Shown: positions 34,701-46,877 of the stretch, one piece after another
How the letters are laid out: each line of letters begins with the position of its first letter
Position numbering within the stretch: position 1 is the first letter of the stretch
Assembly: GCF_036971445.1 (NCBI RefSeq)
Contig: NC_091471.1
Location: 260,462,001-260,526,000 of the forward strand
Reading direction: 5' to 3'
Length of the DNA: 64,000 bases
Origin: Narcine bancroftii
Lineage: Eukaryota
Translations under genes and position numbers: made by a program
Notes under the pieces: model-generated
Told to the model about the DNA's origin: nothing
The model's input: only the letters and a program-made list of their open reading frames with translations
The model's database searches: none

Positions 34701-35949
34701 TCCAATGTTTGTACAGTGGAATTATATTGAGTAGGGGTCTTATTAAAACACAGTGACAAGTTTTCAGGATAGCAACAAATTGAGATATGATGAATATGTA
34801 TTGAGACCATAGGCCGCTCCACTGTTTACCGAAATTACACAGAGATCTGACTTGTCAAATTAAAAGTCTTCAATACCAACAAAAGTATTTATTGTTCACA
34901 AGGGAATCATGAAAGAGCTGTTGTTGATGTGAGAGGCCAGCTGTGTTTGTATAGAGGTGCAGATATCTAGGAATGATTTGCATTGAATTTTGTGTGAATG
35001 GGGCACTTTTGGGGAAAAATGGAGAGCCCGAGTTATGGCAGCATTCGGGGTCATTGAAGACAATACTGAAATGATGTACAAGCCATTTGTCTGAAGATGT
35101 TTCAGGTACATCACTTAGTACCAGAGAAGTTTTACTTGTTCATCTTTCTTAGTCACCTACTGTTTTTCATTGTCACTCGCCAATGAAAGTGGGTTTCATT
35201 GTAAAAGATTTCAATATTGTCAGAGTGACTGATGTAATCTTAAGCTCATAGAGCATGCCATTTGGTTTGTTTTTGTTGGGTTTTTGAAGGATCTATTTAT
35301 TCAGTTGGTCTCACTGGTCTATTCCTCTCTCATTGGCCCTGCATATTTTTCATGTTCAAGAATAGTTAGTTTCAGACAGTGCATTCTTTGGAGAAAACTT
35401 GTATTTCATTATGTCCTTTGCAGTTGTCATTAATAAGGTTGCTGGGATTTTCAGTGCATCTTATTAGAGGAAATATTTCTGAACTTGCTCCTGCAACCCT
35501 CTCTTGCCCGTGTAACCCAAACTATTACACTATTTTTACAGTACAAATACAAGCTGTTAGTTAAACAGATGGCTTTCCAGAATTTACACCAAAGTGTGTA
35601 CTTGTGGACTGCAGCTGGTTACTGAGAAGGCGGAGTATTATCTTGGGTTAACTAAGGTCAGCAATAATGTGGCAATGTGCCAGTGTTGACCCCCATCCTG
35701 CTGAGATTTTTGAGGGATCTTTAACCTGAAATGTCCATTTTATTTCTCGTTCTACAGATGCTGTGGGACCTGTTGAGGTTTTAGAACTTTTTTATGTGTA
35801 ATATTTCCTGATTTTTGGCCCAGTTTCTTCGTACAAAGTTATAACTTTGGAAACTTTTAAATTTATTGATCATTGCTGAGTTATCTTACTTTCCTGTATG
35901 CATCTAGAGATCATTAACTTTTAAGCCACTGGAGGAATCACACCCAGTC

Positions 35950-36270
35950 TAAGTAAATCACGAAAATCTGTAGACACTGTAGTTAAATAAAAACTCAAAA
36001 TGCTGGAGAAGCTCAGCAGGTCAAGGAGTGTCCTTAATGTAGCAAAGGTAAAGATACAGAACCAACGTTTCAGGCTTGAGCCCTTCATCAAGGTGTGAGA
36101 AAATACTGGCAGGTGTCCGAACAAAAGATAGGGGGGGGGGAGGGAGGTGGTAAAGGCAGGAGATGATAGGTGGAGAAATGAGGGAGGGGACAGCAGCGAT
36201 TGGGGCAAGAGGTTGCCTGGGTGGAGAAGGGAGGGGAGATCTGTAAAAATTGGAAAGGGGGGTGGGGAAT
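35950..36270 (-). mobile_element. Penelope-derived tail element
   Basis: Homologous to 9000-9290; contains the best-preserved hammerhead-like motif. Confidence 0.7.
36061..36094 (-). ncRNA. Minimal type I hammerhead-ribozyme-like motif (U3 variant, probably decayed)
   Basis: ACC-TTGATGA-A-GGGC-TCAA-GCCT-GAAA-CGTT-GGT: core boxes, 4-bp stem II, palindromic helix III, 3-bp stem I. Confidence 0.5.
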
Positions 36271-36319
36271 CTATGGATCTAATTCATCCATAAGATGAAT
36301 TAAGGATAATTGAGTGAGT

Positions 36320-36630
36320 AGACAAGTCCATCAAGGACATCTATAACAGGCAGTGTCTTAAGAAGCCTCTATCCCCGAAGACCCCCATCATCCAGGCCAT
36401 GCTCTCTGAAGAAGGTGCTTGAAGTCAGGCACTCAGCGACACAAGGTCAGCTTCTTCCCCTCTGTCGTCAGATTTCTGAATGAACAATGAACCACAGACA
36501 CTACCTTTGTCTTTCTTTGCACTATTTTTGTTTAGTAATATTTTAAATACCATAATAAATGCTTGGACTGTGATGCTGCCACAGATCAAAGAATTTTGTG
36601 ACGTATTCCTGACAAAAAAAATCTGATTCT
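36320..36630 (+). mobile_element. Rex/Babar 3' fragment
   Basis: Homologous to 27330-27655. Confidence 0.65.
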
Positions 36631-37734
36631 AATGGGATGATAGTCCAAGACCTATGCCAGATTGTGGCTAATTGTGGAATGCTGAGATAGGGCAGTTTAA
36701 AGCAGGAGAAACCTTGAACTTTCTGTCTACATGAGTCAAGTCACATAGGTTGTAATCCTTGGGTGTTGCTCGAATATTTTTTCTCTTAACAAAACATCTT
36801 CAAATTGGCTGGTGAATGAATAAGACTGCTATTTTGATGGTTCCGCTCCAAGGTTACACGAATACAGTGTCTCTAACCAGCTGGAACTGTCAGAATGAAA
36901 CGTGCAGAATACTGTGCAGTGGCTAATATCATTTTGCCTAGTGACAGTAGAGTTGCTCATTTTAATTGTGCCAACTGCATTGGTGTTAGCTGCATTGACA
37001 CCACTTCACAATAGCTGTAATATTTAAAATGTTCCTAGAATAGAATATTGGTTTGGAGTAAAACCCACCCTGGCTGTATGGAATAAAAAGTAGTGTTGAA
37101 TTCTGAAGGATAGCTTTCAGTACAGTAAAGAATATAAATCTGTTTTTATTAGAATAATGTAGTTAAAGCTGAATCTGACTTCTTTTGTTAAATCAGATAT
37201 TTTTATTCAGTTGTTCATCTTTAAAGGGAACCATACAGACCAAACACACTTGGATCTGAGTACGAGAGATATTTTGAGGATTTCATTTGTTTAAACACTA
37301 TGCAGTATTCCCAGAGTGCATGGTCAACTCCTATTACACCAATATGATTCGCTCAGTGAAGTTTCAGTTGGATGTTTGGTCAAGATGGTTAGGCTGATTT
37401 TATAGTTTTTGACTCCACCTTTAAATTACCCCCCCCCCCCAAAGGCAGATGGAAGCTGGAGCGTATTCCAGCAGTCTGTCCACCTTCGGACCTTTTATAG
37501 AGGGAAGTACAGCGATGGAGAATCAGAGTTTACATTCTCCATTAAAAAGGCCTTTAGATAGCCATTTGGCCCATCATGTTTATGCTGTCTCTGAGAGCAC
37601 CCCCATCAATCCATTTCCCCTGCTTATTTGCCAATTCTCTCTGATCTTTCTTAAATGAGGCTCTACTTCTCGTAAAAATAATAATAATTAAAAAAAAAGG
37701 ATGGTTAGGCTGATGTGTTGGATGAATACATTCA

Positions 37735-38360
37735 ATGGCCTTCAGGAAGGTGAAACCAGGAGATCACAAACCAGTCAGCAGGGTAAAGAACTTCAAATTT
37801 CTGGATGTCAACATCTCTGAAGATCTATCTTGGGGCCTTCATATTGAAGCAATAATGAAGAAGACTTGGCAGTGGCTATATGTTGTTATGAGTTTGAGGA
37901 GATTTGGAATGTCACAAATTTCTTCAGGTGTACTGAGGAGAGCATTCTGACTGGCTGCATCAATGTCTGGTGTGGAGGTACCAATGTGCCGGACAGAAAG
38001 AGGCTTCAGAGAGTTGTGAACTTGGCCAGCAACATCATAGGCATTAGGACATTAAGGACATCTACAAGAGGTGGTGTTTCAAGAAAATAGCCTTTATCAT
38101 CAAGGATCCTCACCATCCAGGCCATGCTTTCTTCTCAGTGCTCCATCAGGAAAGAGGTACAGGAGCCTGAAGATGAACACCCAACAGTACAAACACAGCT
38201 TCTTCCTTTCTGCCTTCAGATTTCTAAATGGACCATGAACCACAGACTCAACCTCAATTTTTCTTTTTGCATTAATTAAAAATATAATTTATAACAATTG
38301 CTGTACACTGCTGCCAAACAATGAATTTTGTGATACATGCTCATGGCAATAAAAATCCTG
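37735..38360 (+). mobile_element. Rex/Babar 3' fragment
   Basis: VKNFKFLDVNISEDLSWG, ESILTGCINVWCGG..DRKRLQRVV. Confidence 0.8.
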
Positions 38361-40329
38361 GTTCTTTGGAACCCTCTAGTCAGAATCCTGGGAGCTGGCA
38401 TGTTTTATTGTTTTTCCTGAAAGTTGAGAACTTTGAAAGTGGAGCATTTCTCTTTGCTCTCAAATATTTGCCCTGATTCTGTATCCAAAGTGGAATTCAC
38501 ACCCTCAACCTTCGGGCTAAAGCATCAGTGTTGAGTTTCAGTTGAGTTGTCTTGTACAGAGGACATCTGGGACAGATGAGGCAAATATTGAATGGTGGGG
38601 CAGGCTTCAGAGGTGGTCTTTTTTTTTATTCTACTCTTATGACTGAAATCTACAGAATGAGGATTTCACGAGGTAGAACCTTGAGTAAAGAAAAAAGGGT
38701 GAAGTGGCTGTTTGCATTTGGTTAGATTTTGGAAATTATACCAATTAGATAACTGGAAACAAGAACTAAGACTAGATGAGACTTTATTAATGTGGTCTTG
38801 TGGGTTGAATAGACTTTTCTGGTTGGAAAAACTGATGGCGAAATTAAGAAATGCTATTTTTATACAAAGGTTTTTAAAAAATTTCTTATGATCATTGCTT
38901 GCACAGCCATCTTTTATTGTAGATTCCTAGCTGACTGATGGTGTTTGGTTATTTCCTATTTGATTTTGTTGAAGCAGGTTTAATGTGATAAGTTTGCTTG
39001 TGCAGTTAATGTGGGACTGCCATCACATGCAGACTTCTTCAAGGAAGAACAGTGAAATTCTTTTCCTGAGGGATATTGCGCCAGTGGGTCATGAATCCAG
39101 CATTCATAAATATTGATATTAGCTTTTGATTCCACGTATTTTAAAACTGAAGTCAAATTCTCAAACTGCTCTTAAGGGATTTGAGCAACTATTTACTTAT
39201 CTGGTGATGTAACTGCTATAATCAGTATATCCGTAGCAATATGTGATGTTTTTCTCAGATGATCTCATTTGAAAGTGAAAATTATGGAGCAGAAGGACAT
39301 CTAGATCATTCTCAATAAAGAGTTTCTGCTTGAAATGTTGACCTGCTGATTTCCCCCAGCATATTGTTCAGCTTCACATTCCAGCGTCTGGTCCTCTGTG
39401 TTTCTCCAGATAGCTAGATCATATTTTTCACTTGTGATACTAATTGAAAATACTAAAGGATAACCAGCTGTTTAGGTCCAGTTTTTTAAAATATTATAAA
39501 TTAATTGCTCAATCTCAACTCTCTACTTCAAGTGAATACTCCGCAAACTAATCTCTGGTATGTAACGTCACTGAAGAACATGGTACACATTTGATGTTCT
39601 TGGGATCGTGTGATCTTTATTGTATCTACATAACTGCAACCACATGGAATGAAATGGTGGAAAAATTAAATATAATGTTGAGTTAAATCTTTTTGGTACC
39701 CAAGTGTGGAGATCACTATGCTTACTTCAACATATTCTTCCACCCCCCCACATGTACTTAATTGAAATAGGATTGAGTTATTAGAAGTAGGTAATGTTAA
39801 TACACTTCACACTTAAGCCATCTGCTTACGTTTAATGTTATTTACCTCTGATGACGTTGGGTATCTGGTTGAACTGTTGAGTGTGGCTCTTGATGTGTAT
39901 GAAATTCCATACTGTTTCCTTGGGATAGATGCAGAGAACAACTCTAAATGGTATTCTCCTGACTGCCTTGATTGTAGAGATTTTTATTTTAATTAATTGC
40001 TGGGATGTGGAAGATGAATGTATTGACCATCACTTGACAGTTTTGCCTGACTATTTCAGGTGAATTAATTCAGTCACATTGTTATATGCCTGCAGTCAGA
40101 TTTACCCCAGGCAGACCTCCTTCCTTAAAATATGCTAATGAGCCAGTTTGGATTCAAACTTCGCTTATTGTCAAAGTGGCACCTACAGCTTAGCTTCCTC
40201 ACCAATAAAGAGTCTCTTCAGAAACCCAGAGTCCAGATTTGTCTCCTGCTTTCCCAGAATCTCTCCCACCACATGCCTCCTGTTCCAGCAGTGAACCTGA
40301 GCTCCTCATTCTGAAACTCTAATATGATC

Positions 40330-40900
40330 AGAAACCTGGGGACCTTTGCGAGGGAGCCTTTCTTTACGTCGACACCCTTACAAACTGCAAACCCAATACC
40401 TGGTTCTCACGGGTCTGACTCCATTAACCCAACCCATTCTTTGCTGACATGTCTGTCCATGGTCTCATGCACTGCCAGTCCAAGGCTACCTCCAAATGGG
40501 TGGCCTTGATATCGACTTCTCTGGTTTCCATTAGCCACCCCCACATCCCATCTTTGCCGGTCTCCTTTAGCTCTTTCTCTCTCCCCTTTTCCCTCTACCT
40601 CCATTCACAGAGCCAAAATCTGCCACCTCCCTCGATCAGTTCTCACCTTTCCTCACCTGTCCTCCTCATATCCAATTAACACCTTTGTCTGTTGGTCTGT
40701 ACTCCTCCCCTTTCCATTCTTCCCTTTCCCCCAGCCTTTTAATCTGCCTGCTTTTGACTCGTAACTTGAGGAAGGACTCGGGCCTCAAATGTTGGTTATA
40801 GATCTATCTCCTGTGGATGCTGTGAGACCTGCTGAGTTCCTCCAGCATTTCTGTTTTTTACTACAATCACAACTTCTGCAGACTTCTGTGTTTCACCTTC
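40330..40900 (+). mobile_element. Penelope-like 3' fragment
   Basis: MSVHGLMHCQ remnant and tail homologous to 8870-9290. Confidence 0.65.
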
Positions 40901-42999
40901 ATCAGCCCACAGTCTGGTGTGAGTCCTTTGGCTTTCGAGCCCCTCACTGGTCTGCTGCAGTGGGTTGCCTAACCTGCAGTTTCATAATCATTGTTACCAA
41001 CATTTAGTTTCTTATTCCAAATTTTATTTTATTTTGAATAACCAAATTCTCCAGATTTACTGGTGAAACTAATCACCCACTACTACCTCAGCATTATTTT
41101 TAATTCATAGGATTCCATTCAGTACACAACATTTCACAGATAAGTGCTCTGATATTCTTTAGCAGCAGTCTCCGAAAAGTAACTAGGATGGAAACTGAAG
41201 TTCAAATTAGAGCAGAATCCCATTGCTGCCAAGGTTTTTGGTTTCTGGTTTCTTTTCTGCTGATCTTTTTGGTTTTCTTGCGTCATTAAATTGACTCATT
41301 CTTGATATTGTGCAAGAGTAACATGTTTACACTTATTTTCTGCTGTCTTGGAACTGATTATAATGCATGTGCCAAAGCTCTCAATTTCATTATCTTGCTT
41401 GTACTTCATGGTCAACTTGGCTGCTGACTCCATTTTGTTTTTTGTTTTGTTCTCGGCACCTTAACAGAACTCAGTGTACACTGCTCCTCAACCTGCAAAA
41501 CTATTCTAAGTATAAAAGTGAAGTTGTCATGCAGATACCTGTCATGTTTGAACAGGTACCTTGCTCAGCATCTCCTCCTGCAGATGCCAAAACAAAATTT
41601 GTAAATCTATTTGTGAAGCCGGTAGACTCAAAATTCCTCAATGGTTTTGTCACCTCTTATCAGTTTGTTTTTAGTTGAGATCCATGAAACATTGGCCCAA
41701 GATATCAAAGATGTCATTAAATCAGGAAGTGGTTAGATTACATCAAGAGCAAAAAAGAGATGCAAGTTCCGCACTTAGAACTCAGTGTGTTGGAATGTTA
41801 CAGTGCAAGAAGATGGAAGTCTATTTGCAATGTACTCATTTAGATATTTTCACAGTGAAATTTTTAAAAAATGCTGCAGAGGGAGAACATCTAAAATAAA
41901 ACAGAAAATGGTGGAAATATTCAGCAGGTCAGATACTTATCTGTGGCTAACTGATCTAGTACTGGATGTGGACCAACTAATTTTTAAACATAAATTCCTA
42001 CCATTATATTTAATCAATTTTCATGATTAAAATAATAAAAATAACTGGATGGTGGATATCAGAAATAAAGCAGAAAATTTTGTGGAAATGTTTAACAGAT
42101 CAGAATCTGTGGAGAAAAAAACAAAATTAATACTTCAGTTTGAAGACTTGGTGAAAACTGGGGATGTTTTTTATGAATGCTATCTGACTGTTGAACACAA
42201 GATTGAGAACCCTAACAATGCAAAGATGGCACACATTCCTTCCTCAGCCAAAATGGATAAAATCATCTCAGTGCATCTCAATTGCTGTCTCATTGCATTT
42301 CTCTGGTAGTGTATGAAGTGCTTTGAAACTTTCCTTTATATTAAAGGAATTAGTGATGGAAGTTGTATTAAGGTAAGTAATTTCATCTCCAGCAAAACCC
42401 TGCAATTTGTTTGTTCTCAAATCCCAGTTTTACCTGTGCCACTGCAAACATTCTTGTTGGTCAGTGTGAACTTGATTATTGATTAAAGTTGCATGGTCAC
42501 AATTTCAAATGTTTGTGATGCCTGTGGAATTCATGCCCTCACTAAGGAAGCAGCAGTTTTGATGTAAAATGGTATTGACAAAATTTTTTTTTTAAAAGAA
42601 CATTATTTTATCCCAATTTAGGGAGGTGAGGTGGTGGGCTCCGTGCTGGTCCGGTGAGTGTTGTTTGCATTGGGACATGGGACCCTCTGACTGAGTGGGC
42701 TGGTTCCTTTCCAACCCATGTCAGGTTGGCTGCATCATTGGGTGCATTCAAGGCCGAGATTGATAGGTTCCTGATTAGTCATTTTATCAAAGGTTATGGG
42801 AAGAAGGCAGGGCAGTAGGGCTGAGTGGAAGAATGGGTCATGACATGGCCAGAGATGGGCTGAATGGCCTATTTCTGCTCCCATGTCTCTTGGTCTTGCA
42901 TGGCATAGCGTGACTTCAGGTCTTCACCCGTCCAATATAGTAACGACAAGCATTTAAAAAAAAAAAAAAAAATTAGACATTTTAAATTTAAACTTTTTA

Positions 43000-43532
43000 A
43001 ACCACACTTGGAGTATTATATTGAGTTCTGGTGACCTCATGAGAGGAAGGATATGGAAGCTTTGGAGAAGAGTAGAGTAGATTTACCAGGATGTTGCCGG
43101 GATTGGAGAATGTGCCTTATGAGGCAAAGCAGCACTTTGGCTTTTCTCTTTGGAGTGTAGAAGGATGAGAGGAGACTTGATAGAGGCCCACAAGAGTAGG
43201 GGAGGCATAGATAAGGTGGGCAGCCAGTGCCGGAATAGTAAGCACCAGACAAGATGTGTACAAAGTGAAGTTTAGGGGAGAGAAGTTTAGGGAAGACATC
43301 AGGTGTAATTTTTTTTTTTTTTTTTTTTTTACACAGAGTTGTGGTTGCCTGGAATGCCCTGCCAAGGATGGTGGTAGAGGCTGAAACATTACGCCCTTTT
43401 AAGAGACTCTTATACAGAAAAATAGAGGGTTACGGGTTGAGGAGGATTTAATGGTTTTTAAGGAATATATAGGTCAGCACAACATAAGAGGGCTGAATGG
43501 CCTGTACTGTGCTGCAGTCTTCTGTGTTCTAC
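43000..43532 (+). mobile_element. CR1 3' fragment
   Basis: HLEYYIEFW, RFTRMLPGLEN and FFTQ remnants; CR1 tail gggctgaatggcctgtactgtgctg..ttcta. Confidence 0.75.
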
Positions 43533-45102
43533 ATGTATACATTTCCTTTTCACTGAATGGACAACATTTTTCACTCATTTTGTACAAGCTGCACCAAATG
43601 TTAAATGATTTGTAAATTAATCCTTCAGCTCTCTGCTTGAACATGTAGCCCACACAAGCCAGTACTTGTGTATATTACTACATCTTGACTCAGATGTATG
43701 CTCAGTTTCCCTTGCATTTTAATGTTTTAGCCCAGTCCCAAAAATGCAGCTTCCACCCAAAATGTAAAATTACAATTGCAGAAAAAAATGTAAACCCAAC
43801 TTTTTTCTCATACCGTTTGAATTTTACTAGTTCTGTTGAAGAAACACTGCAGGGTTCAACTTCTTACTGCCGATGATAGTTATTCAGAGAGCATGAATAA
43901 GGTATCTTGTGAGTAATTTTGGGGACTATACTAATGATGTGAAGACATCAGTCTATGTGGAATTTAAATTCTGATAATTTTTTTAAAAATTGCACTATTA
44001 GAAAGAACTGTGAGACTAGCTTATTGTTCATGTTGCCTCTGTATGCTAAAGAGTTTGTAGGTTCAGAGGTTTAGAAATTCTTCCCAGTCTCATTTATAGT
44101 CTTGTGATCTATTTTCAATCTTTGCAAAAATGGTGCATGATGGGACTGATTTGGGAGGCCATGGAATTTATGAAAACATTCCAAATTTTTCTTACACTTT
44201 AGTTGAAAAATGCAAAAGAATTTCCCGTGATGCATCTCATGAATATTGTAGTTTGGATGTTGGTTTTTTAAACTCTCCTTGTGGTATACAGCTATTGCAT
44301 TTGAGTTTGATTCCTATCCTCAGACTGGCTTCTTCTGGACTTCCAAGCAAGTACCTTGGAATGTTGGTTAAGTGATTGGTCAATTGAATTGGGGGTCGAT
44401 GTCAATCTATGGATGCTGCTTGTTGAGTTTCTCCAAAACATTTGAGTTGCATCATGCTTGTCTTGTCCATTTTGTTCCATTCGTGGTTCTTTCCCCATAA
44501 CCATGTTCTATGAGTATTTATGAGTTACTCTTCTAATTTCAGTTTTCATGAGCCATGCATACACTTGTTTGTTTCACCTATCATTGTTCTTTGGCCAAAG
44601 GTCTTAAATCTACTCACTAATATTGATGGAGCAGTTATTTTTATTATTTATATTATCAAACCCTTTATAATTTTGAAAACCTCTATGACAATTTTTTTTA
44701 CTCTTTTGGTGAGTATGGGAGATGTTAACATTTGGACCAAGACATTTGGGTATAGTCAAGAAACATTTCTTCAAAAAAAGGTGGTGGAATTGAAAGTGGA
44801 ATACTTGTAATATATTGTGCAGCTGAGGGGACAATTTAAAATTTCAGACAGTCACTGAGAGGTAATTGGTATGTAATGATGTTGTGGATTACAAACTGAT
44901 AGGTATCTTGAGCTGTTGCAGATTAGGTCTGATCTAATTATATAGTTGATCGGCTTCAAGATCTCCCTTCTGGAGAGGAGTCGCGTGATGAAGTAGTGGC
45001 TGGTAGGGGAACTCCAGCCCTCTCCAGAAAAGTAAAAAAAAGATAGAGAAAAAAACAAAGGCACAAACATAGAAACCATAACAAAGTGAAAGTGTGGAGA
45101 AA

Positions 45103-46400
45103 ATGGCAGCGAAGAAAGAAAAACCAAAAACAACGGGAAGAAAAGAAGGAAGGACATCGGAGGAGGAAGGTGAAGGCCTTACCGGTACGAGGAGGCCCGC
45201 TGTAGAGAGAGAAGCCCGCTCCCTGAGGTCAGTGGAAACATTGAACTCAGGACTACAAAAATGGCTCACGGAGCCAAACAAAAGTGCGCAACCGCGCATG
45301 TGCAAGACAAAAATAACACTGACGGGAAACAGACAACTACAACACAACAGCAAGACTCTCAACAGGAAAACATAGAAAATAACGAGATCAAGAAGGAAGA
45401 GAATAAAAATAAGAAATCAAAGAAACAACAGATGACCAACCCAGAGGAAGAAGACCAACACCAAGACACTTTTAATAAAAATAAGAAGACCAAGAATACC
45501 CAACAAAATAAAACAAACAACCCAACAAGAAAACCAGAAGAGACAGAGGTAAAGGACACAGATCCTGGAGTGGACTCAGAAGAAGAGGAGGAAGAACACA
45601 GAGAAATGGAAGATGAAGGGAAGGGCAAGTACATGGATTTTTTTTTAAAGAATATATGGAAACAGTAAAAGAATGGCAGTCACAAGAATTCAGTGAAATA
45701 AAAAGAAGAATAAAAAGTACAGAAGAAAAAGTGAATAGATTAGAGATGGTCATGTCAGATATAGGAAAAAGAGTAGACAAGGTGGAAGAATGAGAAACAG
45801 CCATAGAAATGGAAGTAGAAGAATCTGATAAAAAAGTTAAAGAGACACAGGAGCCGTTAGCTCAGAAGATAGATATAATGGAAAATTATAATAGAAGAAA
45901 CAATATAAAGATAGTGGGCCTTAAGGAAGATGAAGAAAGCAAAAATATAAAAGAATTTATAAAAGAATGGATCCCCAGCGTCCTAGGAAGACCAGAATTA
46001 CAGGAAGAAATGGAAATAGAAAGGGCACACAGAACATTAGCCCCTAAACCACAACCACAACAAAAAACCAAGATCCATTCTAGTAAAATTCCTAAGATAT
46101 ACAACAAGAGAAAATATATTGGAGAAGGCAATGAAAAAAATAAGAGAAGACAAAAAACCACTGGAATACAAGGGTCAAAAAAATTTTTTCTATCCAGATA
46201 TAAGTTTTGAACTCCTGAAGAAGAGGAAGGAGTTCAATGCAGCAAAAACGACCATATGGAAAAAAGGTTATAAATTTATGGTAAAATGCCCAGCGGTACT
46301 TAAAATAGTTATTTCGGGGCAGCAAAGCAAACTATTCTCGGATCCGGAAGAAGCACGAAAATTTGCACAACAACTACAAAACAGACAGATGAAGAGATGT
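45103..46400 (+). pseudogene. L1 ORF1 (several frameshifts, one stop)
   Basis: MAAKKEK..., ENYNRRNNIKIVGLKE, EIERAHR and FYPDISF distributed over several frames. Confidence 0.85.
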
Positions 46401-46427
46401 AAAAAGAACAAAAATGACAACAAACTA

Positions 46428-46489
<62 letters not shown>
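46428..46489. repeat. (GT)n(AT)n microsatellite in the L1 inter-ORF spacer
   Basis: Directly visible. Confidence 0.9.
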
Positions 46490-46495
<6 letters not shown>

Positions 46496-46877
46496 GTATA
46501 GATAAGAACTAAGAAGGGAAAGAAAGGAAATAAGGAGAGAATTAAGAGAGTGACCTTTGTTATATATGAAGATTAAAATCTTTTCTGGGGGGGCTGGGTG
46601 GGGAAGAATAACGGTCACTGTGAAATCAGTTGACGCTTGCGAGCGGATTCGCAAATCTAAATGGAGAGGGGAGATGTGGTTGCCCAACAAGGGACAAAGG
46701 GCAACTCAGAAAAGGGAGGGACTATTGGGGTTAAAGGAATTTTAGATATGAGAATAGTGGAAATATTTTATGTTTTAGAAATGTTGTCTTATAATGTGTT
46801 CAAAAAAAGAAAGCAGAAATGGATAAGAAGGGAAGGTGGTGATGAGGAAATGGAAAGGAAAGATAAACAAAGTATTA

